From Thermoanaerobaculia bacterium (GTDB lineage: Bacteria > Acidobacteriota > Thermoanaerobaculia > Multivoradales > Multivoraceae), in contig OY762911.1 in NCBI GenBank assembly GCA_963666565.1, positions 4,672,001 to 4,736,000 of the forward strand: a stretch of 64,000 nucleotides of DNA, read 5' to 3'. Made by a program: the position numbers and the translations under genes. The notes below the pieces were generated by a model that was not told where the DNA came from, did no database searches, and saw only the letters and a program-made list of their open reading frames with translations. Below, piece by piece: positions 30,117 through 43,764 of the stretch (its first letter is position 1; every line of letters begins with the position of its first letter).

Positions 30117-31424
30117 TCAGCCGATGCGCTCGATTTCGGCGCCGAGCGACCGCAGGCGCTCGTCGATCCGTTCGTAGCCGCGGTCGATCTGCTGCACGTT
30201 GTCGATCACGCTGCGGCCCTCGGCGCACAGGGCGGCGATCAGCATCGCCATGCCGGCGCGGATGTCCGGGCTCGTCATGTCCCGGCCGTACAGCTTTGAC
30301 GGCCCGCTGACCACGACGCGGTGCGGGTCGCAGAGCACGATCTGCGCCCCCATCGCCACCAGCCGGTCGACGAAGAACATGCGCGACTCGAACAGCTTCT
30401 CGTGGATCAGCACGGAGCCCCGGCTCTGGGTCGCGCCGACGACGGCGATGGAGGTCAGGTCGGCCGGGAACCCCGGCCACGGAGCGTCCTCGATCTTCGG
30501 GATCGCGCCTTGGAGGTCGGCGCGCACGCGCAGTTCCTGGCCGCCGGGGACGAACAGATCGCGGCCGTCGCCCCGGATCTCGAAGTCGATGCCCAGGCGG
30601 CCGAAGGCGATCCGGGTCGCCCGGTGGTCCAGCGGCCGCGCGTCGGGTATCCGCAGCTCGCCTCCCGTCACCGCCGCCAGCGTGACGAGCGATCCGACCT
30701 CGATGTAGTCGGGGCCGATCTCGAACTCGGCGCCGCCGAGCCGGTCGACTCCCTCGATCGTCAAGGCGTTCGTCCCGATGCCGTCGATCGGCACGCCCAT
30801 GGCCCGGAGCAACCGGCAGAGATCCTGCACGTGGGGCTCGCTCGCCGCGTTCAGAATCCTCGTCTCGCCTTCCGCCAGCGACGCCGCCATCACCGCGTTC
30901 TCGGTCCCGGTCACCGAGGCCTCGTCCAGGAAGATCTCGGCCCCGCGCAGACGCGCCCCGGCGCCCTCGACCCGGCACTCAAGCCCGCCGCGCGGACAGA
31001 GTTCGATGGCGGCGCCCAGGCGCTCCAGCGCCAGGACGTGCGTATCGATCCGCCGCCGGCCGATGACGTCGCCGCCCGGGGCCGGCATGTTCACGCGGCC
31101 GCGCCGCGCCAGCAGCGGCCCGGCCAGCAGGATGGAGGCGCGAATCGCCCTGCAGAGATCCGGGTCCGGATCGTCGTCGCCCAGGCCCGCGGCCCGGACC
31201 CGCACCGTGTCCTCGCCGGTGAACTCGGCCTCGGCGCCGAGCTGGCGAAGCAGGCCGACCTGCACCTCGACATCGCGGATCCGTGGCACGTTCCCGATCG
31301 TGACCTCCTCTTCCGTCAGAAGCGCCGCCGCCAGGACCGGCAGCGCCGCGTTCTTGTTGCCCCGCGCCCGCAGCGTGCCCGAGATCGGCCGGCCGCCTTC
31401 GATCACGAACTGGGAGCGCGGCAT
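30117..31424 (-). CDS. murA: UDP-N-acetylglucosamine 1-carboxyvinyltransferase
   Basis: [30 protein letters not shown] (Asp at the usual Cys115 position), SVTGTEN, WPGFPAD, DIRAG and IDRGYE. Confidence 0.96.
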   Translation of the reverse strand: MPRSQFVIEGGRPISGTLRARGNKNAALPVLAAALLTEEEVTIGNVPRIRDVEVQVGLLRQLGAEAEFTGEDTVRVRAAGLGDDDPDPDLCRAIRASILLAGPLLARRGRVNMPAPGGDVIGRRRIDTHVLALERLGAAIELCPRGGLECRVEGAGARLRGAEIFLDEASVTGTENAVMAASLAEGETRILNAASEPHVQDLCRLLRAMGVPIDGIGTNALTIEGVDRLGGAEFEIGPDYIEVGSLVTLAAVTGGELRIPDARPLDHRATRIAFGRLGIDFEIRGDGRDLFVPGGQELRVRADLQGAIPKIEDAPWPGFPADLTSIAVVGATQSRGSVLIHEKLFESRMFFVDRLVAMGAQIVLCDPHRVVVSGPSKLYGRDMTSPDIRAGMAMLIAALCAEGRSVIDNVQQIDRGYERIDERLRSLGAEIERIG

Positions 31425-31625
31425 GTGTCCGGCGGAGTCCATCGGGGCACTAGGAACTCGCGCCACAGGACGTAGCGAAGCGAGTGCTGCGGCGCGAGGT
31501 CATGGCGAGGTGGGGGCTGGGGCCGAACACGGAGTCTGCGACGGGTTCGGCGGCTCTAGTTGACCACAGGAACGCAATGCGGGCCGCGCCTGTTCCGGCA
31601 AGACCCGTCGGGCGCCCACTGCCGA

Positions 31626-31651
31626 TGAAACTTCGACGGCGCGTTATCGTC
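31626..31651 (+). promoter_or_regulatory. candidate ECF-sigma promoter
   Basis: TGAAAC-N16-CGTC upstream of the secreted protein at 31732; matches the general ECF AAC...CGT pattern. Confidence 0.35.
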
Positions 31652-31731
31652 GTATGAAGAAGCAGGACGAGGGCAAGCTGCCCCGAGCCTCGCCGAGCTG
31701 CAAGAGCAACAATCGACACGGGAGACCCGAC

Positions 31732-32475
31732 ATGAAGAACCGTCGCCGCCGATGGTCCGCTCCGGCGTTCGCCTTCCTGATCGCCCTCGCGCCCGCCGCC
31801 GTTCCGGCCCAGGAGGAGACCGGCGCCGTCCCGGCTCAGGAGGGCGCAGGCCAGAGCGAGGAAGAGAGATGGGAGGAGATCGGTCAACGCTGGCAGAAGT
31901 GGGGCGAGCAGTTCGCCCGGAGCTTCGAGAACGTCGACTGGGAATCCCATCGCGAGGGCTGGGAGAAGCACGGCCAGCAGTGGCAGGAATGGGGCGAACA
32001 GTTCGCCGCCTCCTTCCAGGAGGCCTTCGACGAAGAAGACTGGGAAGCCTGGGCCGAGCAGTTCGAGGACGCGAACTTCAAGGATCTGGACGAGGCCGAG
32101 CGCGAGCGCCTGAAGGCCGCCCTGGGCGAGTTCAGGGAGTCCTTCGGCGACGCCATGGAAGGCGTGGACTGGGAGACGTTCCTTGAGGCGCTCGTTGCCT
32201 TCGCCAACCAGATCGGCGAAACCGCGGCACTGACGGCCGAGGGCGTCGCCGGCGCCGGTTGGGGCGACTTCGGCGATCTCGTGGCCCGGACGGTCGAGCA
32301 GGCGCTCGAAACCGCCGGAGAGGCCACGGAGCGGGCCGCCGAAGAGGCCGGGGAGGCGAGAGAGTCCGCCGGCGAAGAGGCCGAACGAGCGGAGGACGCT
32401 GCCGAGGCCGCGGCGGAAGCAGCCGAAGGCGCGTCAAAAGCAACCGAGCAGGAAGCCGAAGAGATCGACGCCTGA
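31732..32475 (+). CDS. secreted acidic Trp-repeat hypothetical protein
   Basis: GGAG RBS; signal peptide ending AVPA-QEE; repeated WExxGQxWQxWGEQFAxSF; Glu/Ala-rich tail. Confidence 0.7.
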   Translation: MKNRRRRWSAPAFAFLIALAPAAVPAQEETGAVPAQEGAGQSEEERWEEIGQRWQKWGEQFARSFENVDWESHREGWEKHGQQWQEWGEQFAASFQEAFDEEDWEAWAEQFEDANFKDLDEAERERLKAALGEFRESFGDAMEGVDWETFLEALVAFANQIGETAALTAEGVAGAGWGDFGDLVARTVEQALETAGEATERAAEEAGEARESAGEEAERAEDAAEAAAEAAEGASKATEQEAEEIDA

Positions 32476-32639
32476 ACGCGTCTCCGGGAACGCTCCGGCG
32501 GCCGACGGATCGAGGGCAGGGATGCCCAGAGACCCACGCGCTTTCGGGAAACCCCTCGTGACGGCGTCGGTCCGCTCGGCGCGGCAAACCGGCGTGACGT
32601 AGGCTTCGCGCTCCCCCTCACGACCCACGGAGTGCGGAG

Positions 32640-33590
32640 ATGCCAGTCGATCCCCAGGTACAGGCCTTCCTCGAAGCCCAGGCGCAGGCCGCCGTCGAGA
32701 ACCACGTTCCTCCCATCGCGGAGCAGACCGTCGAGATGGCCCGCGCCGGCTATCTCGCGGTCGCCGAGATGCTGGGGCCGGGGCCCGACGTAGACACCGA
32801 GGACTCGGCGGTTCCCGGCCCGGCCGGGGACATCCCGGTCCGCATCTACCGGCCGCGGGACGCCCGCCCCGGCCTGCCCGTCCTCGTCTACTACCACGGC
32901 GGCGGCTGGGTGATCGGCGACCTCGACACCCACGACTACGCCTGCCGCGAACTCTGCGCCGGCGCCGGATGCCTGGTGGTCTCCGTGGACTACCGGCTCG
33001 CGCCCGAGGCACGGTTCCCGGCCGCGGTCGACGACTCCTGGGCCGCCTTGCAGTGGGTCGCCGCAAACGCGGAAAGCCTCGGCGGCGACCCGTCCCGGAT
33101 CGCCGTCGGCGGCGACAGCGCCGGCGGCAACCTCTCCGCCGTGATGAGCCTGCTCGCCCGCGACAACGGCGGCCCGGACCTCGTCTTCCAGCTCCTCGTC
33201 TACCCCGCCGTCGACATGGACTTCAGCCGTCCCTCGATCGACGAGAACGCCGACGGCTACGTGCTGACGAAGGACCACATGATCTGGTTCCGGGGCCACT
33301 ATCTCCGCTCCGAAGCCGACCGCTCCGACTTCCGCGCCTCGCCGCTGCTGGCCGCCGACCACGGCGGCCTGCCGCCGGCCCTGGTCGTCACCGCCGAGTT
33401 CGACCCGCTCCGCGACGAAGGCCGGGACTACGCCGAGGCCCTCCAGGCCGCCGGCGTCGACGCCACGCTCTCGAACTACGAGGGCCAGGTCCACGTCTTC
33501 TTCCAGCTCTCGCCGATCCTCAACGGCGGCCGCAAGGCGGTCGACGAGGCGTGCGCGGCGCTGCGCGCGGCGTTCGGCGAGACCGGTTGA
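32640..33590 (+). CDS. alpha/beta hydrolase, hormone-sensitive-lipase family esterase
   Basis: HGGGW, VDYRLAPE, GDSAGG, DPLRDEG and the catalytic H in VHVF. Confidence 0.93.
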   Translation: MPVDPQVQAFLEAQAQAAVENHVPPIAEQTVEMARAGYLAVAEMLGPGPDVDTEDSAVPGPAGDIPVRIYRPRDARPGLPVLVYYHGGGWVIGDLDTHDYACRELCAGAGCLVVSVDYRLAPEARFPAAVDDSWAALQWVAANAESLGGDPSRIAVGGDSAGGNLSAVMSLLARDNGGPDLVFQLLVYPAVDMDFSRPSIDENADGYVLTKDHMIWFRGHYLRSEADRSDFRASPLLAADHGGLPPALVVTAEFDPLRDEGRDYAEALQAAGVDATLSNYEGQVHVFFQLSPILNGGRKAVDEACAALRAAFGETG

Positions 33591-33804
33591 CGCCCACCCA
33601 ACCGGCGGAAGGCTGGAGATTCCCGGCAGGCCGGCGCGCGCGGAGTCGTCATGGCGAAGCTCCCGAGCAGTTCGGGTTGGCGACCATGCCGGCCGGCCTG
33701 GCCTCACCAGATCGTCCGCCACCCTGCAGCGCCAGCAACTGGAAGCCGCGCTCAGTCGGCGGTTCCTCTCGGAGACAAGAAGGGGGAAGCGGTAGGCTCG
33801 CGCC

Positions 33805-35391
33805 GTGAGCGTTCCCGCCAGCCGGCCGAGAAACGCCGCCGAGTCTCTCCAGACCGAACGGCAACTCGGCGCCGTCGCGGCGGAACTGACAAGCACAAAC
33901 CGCCCGCTGGCGGCCAAGTCGCCGGGACACGGTCTCGCGGACGAACTCCGAGACCGGATCCGAGCAGGTGGCGACCCGCTCGGCGAGGCTTTCTGCAGAA
34001 TCCGAACGCCGCGGGAACGTCGCGACCAGGGGGCCACCTATACGCCGCCGGCGATCGTGGACAACATGCTCGCGTGGACGGCGAGGCACAAGTCGCCGGC
34101 CCGTGTTGTCGATCCTGGCGCCGGATCCGGACGCTTCATTCTGGCTGCCGCTCGCCAGTTCCCGGACGCCGATCTGGTCGCGGTCGAAACGGACCCGCTC
34201 GCGACTCTGATCCTCCGGGCCAACGCCGAGGTTCACGGCCTGTCCGAACGCCTCTCGATCAAAGAGACCGACTACCGCGACCTCTCGCTGCCCGCGATCG
34301 ATGGACCGACGCTGTTCGTCGGCAATCCGCCCTACGTTCGCCACCATCGCATCGACGCCGAGCGGAAGGACTGGCTCGTCGAGACCGCCGCCAGGCATGG
34401 GCTCCGAGCGAGCAAGCTGGCGGGACTCCACATCCACTTCTTCCTCAAGAGCCTGGAGTTGGCGCGGCCGGGCGACTACGGCGCCTACATCACGGCAGCC
34501 GAGTGGCTGGACGTCAACTATGGCTCGGTGCTTCGCGATGCCCTCGCCGACGGACTGGGCGGCCTCGCTCTGCACCTCATCTCGCCCAAGGCCGCGCCTT
34601 TCCCGGACGCGCTGACTTCGGCCGCCATCACGTGCTGGGAGGCGGGCAGCCACGGCCCTGCCGTCGCGGTGCGGACGATCGACGATCCTGACGACCTGGA
34701 CGAGCTGCGATCGCGGCGGTCGGTACCCTGGAGCACCTTCAAGAAGGCGCACCGCTGGTCGACAGTCATCAGGCCCTCCGGCCGCAAACGCGCCGGCGCC
34801 ATCGAGCTCGGTGATGTCTGCCGAGTTCACCGCGGCCAGGTGACCGGCAACAATGGGGTCTGGATCGCCGGGAAGTACGACGGGGACCTGCCGCCCGAGG
34901 TCCTCTTTCCGGCCATCACACGCGCGCGGGAGCTGTTCTCGGCAGGCCCCGTTCTTGCCCGTACGGACGATCTGCGCGGCATCGTGGACCTGCCGCACGA
35001 GCTCGACAGCCTGCCGGACTCGGACCGCAGCCTGATCGACGAGTTCCTTCGCTGGGCGCGGGAGCAAGGCGCGCACAAGTCCTACATCGCCCGCCACCGG
35101 CGTCCCTGGTGGAAGGTCGGCCTGCGAGAGCCCGCACCGATTCTCTGTACCTACATGGCGCGCCGCCCGCCAGCGTTCGTCCGCAACGTGTGCGGCGCCC
35201 GCCACATCAACGTCGCCCACGGCCTCTACCCCCGGCAAGAGCTTCCCGACGCGCAGCTGGCGGCGCTCACCGAATGGCTCAACCGCCACGTCGGCACCGA
35301 CCAGGGCCGCACCTACGCCGAAGGCCTGACGAAGTTCGAGCCCAAGGAGGTCGAGCGGCTCCCGATCCCGAGGCTTGAAGAACTCGGATGA
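33805..35391 (+). CDS. gamma-class N6-adenine DNA methyltransferase
   Basis: GATYTPP, VVDPGAGSGRF before GNPPYVRHH, and C-terminal GRTYAEGLTKFEPKE. Confidence 0.9.
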   Translation: MSVPASRPRNAAESLQTERQLGAVAAELTSTNRPLAAKSPGHGLADELRDRIRAGGDPLGEAFCRIRTPRERRDQGATYTPPAIVDNMLAWTARHKSPARVVDPGAGSGRFILAAARQFPDADLVAVETDPLATLILRANAEVHGLSERLSIKETDYRDLSLPAIDGPTLFVGNPPYVRHHRIDAERKDWLVETAARHGLRASKLAGLHIHFFLKSLELARPGDYGAYITAAEWLDVNYGSVLRDALADGLGGLALHLISPKAAPFPDALTSAAITCWEAGSHGPAVAVRTIDDPDDLDELRSRRSVPWSTFKKAHRWSTVIRPSGRKRAGAIELGDVCRVHRGQVTGNNGVWIAGKYDGDLPPEVLFPAITRARELFSAGPVLARTDDLRGIVDLPHELDSLPDSDRSLIDEFLRWAREQGAHKSYIARHRRPWWKVGLREPAPILCTYMARRPPAFVRNVCGARHINVAHGLYPRQELPDAQLAALTEWLNRHVGTDQGRTYAEGLTKFEPKEVERLPIPRLEELG

Positions 35392-36308
35392 TCGAACCGA
35401 GGCGGTGGACCCTCCCCGAGCTTGAACGAGACGCCGAAGAAGCCGAGTCGGTCTTCCGCGAAGAACGGCTCAGCGAGCCCCTGCATCGGTACACGGAGTT
35501 CTTCGAGCGCTTCGCGGCCGTCTTCCGGGAACTCGTCGACCGCCTGCCGGCGCTCGCGCACGCGGAGGACTCAGCGGACACGATCATCGAGATCTTCAGC
35601 GAAGAGGACGCGCGAACTGCTCTTCGCTACCTCGCCGCGCCCCCGGTGTCAGACGACGACCTGAAGACTCTCGCCGAGACCAGACTCTCCGCCGCCGCCC
35701 TCCGAAGCACACCTGAGAACGCCCGCCGCATCGCCGCTCTCGTCTTCCGCCTGATCGATCCCCACCGCTTTCCCTGGGTCACCGAGAGCCGCCTGCCTAC
35801 GAGCGACGAAGTCGAACGCGCCGTCGTCGCTTCCGCAGCCCTCGTTGCGACGCAGAAGGTCGCCACCTCCCGTCGAAGCGCCAGCAAGGTCCAGGAAGAC
35901 GCGGTCAAGGAGGTGCTCCGCTCCCGCGACTTCATCGAGGATCCTTCCCGGCCCGACATCGAGACCCTCGTCGATGCCCCGGCCCCGAACCACTTCCGGA
36001 GCGAAAGCAAGCTGGGCCGAACCAAGGCCGACATCGTGGCCCGTCTGGCCGATCAGCGGATTCTGGCAATCGAATGCAAGGTGTCCAACAGCGCCGTCAA
36101 CTCCTTCAAGCGCGTCAACCACGAGGCCGTCGGCAAGGCACGGTCCTGGCTGTCCGACTTCGGAACACGCCAGATCGTCCCGGCCGCCGTCCTCGGCGGT
36201 GTGTTCAAGCCCGAGAATCTGGCGACGGCTCAAGACGAGGGACTCGCGCTCTTCTGGGCCTTCCGCCTTGACGATCTGAGGGAGTTCCTCCAGCAGGTTT
36301 CAGCCTGA
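35388..36308 (+). CDS. XamI-family restriction endonuclease
   Basis: LRYLAAPPVSDDDLKTL, DPHRFPW and KADIV..AIECKVSNSAVNSFKR resemble the XamI family; ATGA overlap with the MTase. Confidence 0.8.
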   Translation: MIEPRRWTLPELERDAEEAESVFREERLSEPLHRYTEFFERFAAVFRELVDRLPALAHAEDSADTIIEIFSEEDARTALRYLAAPPVSDDDLKTLAETRLSAAALRSTPENARRIAALVFRLIDPHRFPWVTESRLPTSDEVERAVVASAALVATQKVATSRRSASKVQEDAVKEVLRSRDFIEDPSRPDIETLVDAPAPNHFRSESKLGRTKADIVARLADQRILAIECKVSNSAVNSFKRVNHEAVGKARSWLSDFGTRQIVPAAVLGGVFKPENLATAQDEGLALFWAFRLDDLREFLQQVSA

Positions 36309-36401
36309 GCCAGGTCCGCGCCCGGTTGGTTCCGTGTCAACGACATTCCGCGACGGCAGCGGCGAATCCGACAGCGATGCGGGCCGCGACGTCTCATCGC
36401 C

Positions 36402-36438
36402 TTGACACGTCACCCGTAGTGTGTACTATGTAGTACAC
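36402..36438 (+). promoter_or_regulatory. sigma70-type promoter with an overlapping palindromic operator
   Basis: TTGACA (36402)-N16-TACTAT (36424); perfect inverted repeat GTGTACTA-TG-TAGTACAC at 36421-36438 abutting ATG 36439. Confidence 0.7.
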
Positions 36439-36789
36439 ATGACATTCGGGAGCCACGTACGGAAGCGGCGCGAGGCGTTGCGGCGAGACGACCCTTCGTT
36501 CTCGCTGCGCCAGGTCGCGCTGCGGGTCGGAATCGAGCCCGCCTACCTGAGCAAGGTGGAGCGCGGGCAGGTGGCGCCTCCCTCGGAGGCGACGATTCGG
36601 CGGCTCGCCGCCGAGCTGGCCGAGGAACCGGATCTCCTCCTCGCCATGGCCGGCAAGGTCTCCCGCGAACTTCAGGAGATCATCATCCGCCGCCCTCAGC
36701 TCTTCGCCGAACTGCTGCGGCAGCTTCGGCGAGCGCCCGACGACGCCCTTCTGCGAATCGTCCGGGAGGTTCGGGACGGCGACTGGTAA
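36439..36789 (+). CDS. XRE-family HTH transcriptional regulator
   Basis: FGSHVRKRRE..SLRQVALRVGIEPAYLSKVERG. Confidence 0.9.
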   Translation: MTFGSHVRKRREALRRDDPSFSLRQVALRVGIEPAYLSKVERGQVAPPSEATIRRLAAELAEEPDLLLAMAGKVSRELQEIIIRRPQLFAELLRQLRRAPDDALLRIVREVRDGDW

Positions 36790-36809
36790 GACGACGACAG
36801 GAGAACCAG

Positions 36810-37802
36810 GTGATCGAACTTCGCAACGACGAACTCAGCTTCAGCTTCCCGGAAGTCCACCGAGACGCACGGGCGTCCGTTTCCTTCAGCCGGACGCTGC
36901 GGATTCCGGACGACAACCGGTCGCATCCCCTGCCGCCGGGCCTCGGCCGGTTTCCCCTACACCACGTCGACGACTACGTGTCCCGCCTGCCCGCCGACTG
37001 GCGCCGGCACGGCGGCGTCTTCCTGCCGATGTACCAGGCCGAGGCGCTGTGGATCCTGTTCAACGGCAGCTATCCCATGGCGGTCAAGGTCGCGGCGGGG
37101 AAGATCGACGCGGTCACGGGAACGCGCTTTCGGAACCGGCTGCACAAGAAACAGGACTACGTCGTCCTGCCGGAGCAGCCGTGGCTCGACGGCTTCTGCG
37201 TCCGCAAGGGGCTGATCCGTCAGTTCGTTGCGATGCCGCTCGGGGAGGGCTACACCGCCGAGGAGCAGTTGACCGGAGAGGCCGAACACGGCGGCCTGCA
37301 GTTCGTCGTGTATCCGATGAAGGCGTCGCGCTACGAAGAGATGAAGCGGAAGTGGGAAGACGTTGACCTCCTCTTCTGCCCGGCCGAGCCCGCCCAGACG
37401 GTCGCGCGCGAGATGGGCCTCGCGCCCGGCGGCCTGATGCACCAGGAGATCTACGAGGACGACCACGGCCTCGACGCCTGGGACATGAGGGCCCGGTCGC
37501 GGTGTTTTGTCCACATCCTCAACTCGGCCCAGTATCGCGGCGTCACCGGCGGCAGGCCGCCGCACGAACCGCCAACCGCTGCGGACTACGGCCGCTACGG
37601 CCTCCCTTGGTTCGAGTACTACGACGCCGACCGGAAGGCCCTTGACGGCGCGCCCAGGCTTGCCGGCCTGGACAGCGTCGCGACGCGCCGGATCAAGGAA
37701 GGGCACGAACCACCGGAGGACGACGTGACGATCCCCGCGGCGGCAAGGCACGTCGTTTCGCTAGGACCGGACCGAGACCGCGTCCGCGAAGGCCGATTCT
37801 GA
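36810..37802 (+). CDS. hypothetical protein (RTLRIPDD/LPPGLG motifs)
   Basis: AGGAG RBS; normal GC-rich codon usage; motifs FLPMYQAEALW, QPWLDG, QFVAMPLGEGYT and GLPWF. Function unknown. Confidence 0.75.
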   Translation: MIELRNDELSFSFPEVHRDARASVSFSRTLRIPDDNRSHPLPPGLGRFPLHHVDDYVSRLPADWRRHGGVFLPMYQAEALWILFNGSYPMAVKVAAGKIDAVTGTRFRNRLHKKQDYVVLPEQPWLDGFCVRKGLIRQFVAMPLGEGYTAEEQLTGEAEHGGLQFVVYPMKASRYEEMKRKWEDVDLLFCPAEPAQTVAREMGLAPGGLMHQEIYEDDHGLDAWDMRARSRCFVHILNSAQYRGVTGGRPPHEPPTAADYGRYGLPWFEYYDADRKALDGAPRLAGLDSVATRRIKEGHEPPEDDVTIPAAARHVVSLGPDRDRVREGRF

Positions 37803-37936
37803 CCGGGCCGCCGAACGCTCAGCGAAAAGCAAACCCGACCGTGAGTCAGCGGTCCTGAGACCCCAGCAGCGCGAGACCCACCAAGGCGCGAAGCACAAGT
37901 GCCTGATCCCCGCGGGCCATCTGCTAGCCTCTCTTT

Positions 37937-38137
37937 GTGACTGCTTTCGAGAAGATCACTGGTGTGCCGCTCCGGAAGGCGAGGCGCCAGTGCTTCGCCA
38001 CGCTGTTGGTCGGGGTTCCCTTCGCGGCAGCCGCGGTTTGGGAGCCCGGAATCGTGGGCTTCGCCCTGGTGGCCGCCTGGGCCGGCGGTTGCGTCGCCGC
38101 CGTAGCTGGCCTGCTGGGCAGCGCGCCCCGAAACTGA
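37937..38137 (+). CDS. small hydrophobic hypothetical protein
   Basis: Two hydrophobic stretches; TG-C-TAGCCT extended -10-like box 6 nt before the GTG. Confidence 0.4.
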   Translation: MTAFEKITGVPLRKARRQCFATLLVGVPFAAAAVWEPGIVGFALVAAWAGGCVAAVAGLLGSAPRN

Positions 38138-38460
38138 GCGGTCAACTCTCGGCCGCTCTGTTACCGCCTCCAGCGTCGTCCGCCGCTTCTTCGCGGCACT
38201 CGGGCGTCGAAGCAGTTCACTCTTGAGCCTTCGCGGGCACACCGGGGAGCATCGCCCCTGCGTCCAGCAGTTCCTCGGCCGACCGAGCTGCCGCCGCTTC
38301 CAGTTCCAACCCCCCTGCTTCAAGGTCGGCCACATGTCCCGATTGCGCCGCCAAGGCCGCGCCTTGTTCAAGGTCAACGTCCCATGCCGCCGCCCAAAGG
38401 ACTGCGGCAGACATCTGCCCATGAGACACCTTCACCCGACCGGACCGCTCCGTTTCGGTC

Positions 38461-43245
<4,785 letters not shown>

Positions 43246-43451
43246 GGGTCATCCTAGGAGATGCGCCCGATACGCAGCGAAGCAAGGTCGGGCGCCATCT
43301 CCTGGGGTGAGGACGGGATGGGCCGAAACACCGAGCTCGCGAGGAGTTTCGGGGCGCTACGCCGTTCGCGCGGCCCCGCCGGCGCGCACCCGGCTGCTAA
43401 CCTCGCCGCTCTTCGGGAACCGGATCGAGCGGCAGGCGGAAACAAGGAGCG

Positions 43452-43757
43452 ATGGCGCACCACGACCACGGCAAGCACGGCGGCAAGCGCTACTGGCTCG
43501 ACGACAAGCGGAACGTCGCCAAGGTCTTCTACGCGCTGATCGCCGTCGATGTCCTGTGGCTGGCGGCTGACTTCTTCTACAAGAAGAAGGCGGAGTTCGA
43601 CGCCTGGGGCGGCTGGGCGGACGGTGGACTCGGGTTCTACCCCGTCTACGGCTTCGTCGGCGCCTTCCTGCTGGTGCTGGCCGCGAAGCAGATGCGGCGC
43701 GTGCTGATGCGGCCCGAGGACTACTACGAGCGGCGCCGCGACGGCGGGGCTTCCTGA
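43452..43757 (+). CDS. small membrane protein associated with mrpD-like genes
   Basis: AAGGAG RBS; GFYPVYGFVG..LMRPEDYY. Confidence 0.75.
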   Translation: MAHHDHGKHGGKRYWLDDKRNVAKVFYALIAVDVLWLAADFFYKKKAEFDAWGGWADGGLGFYPVYGFVGAFLLVLAAKQMRRVLMRPEDYYERRRDGGAS

Positions 43758-43764
43758 GTCCCGG

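Noticed and set aside
38150-38450. Possible small - strand ORF or gene remnant downstream of lhr
   Set aside because: No recognisable motif, RBS or consistent frame, so it cannot be supported.
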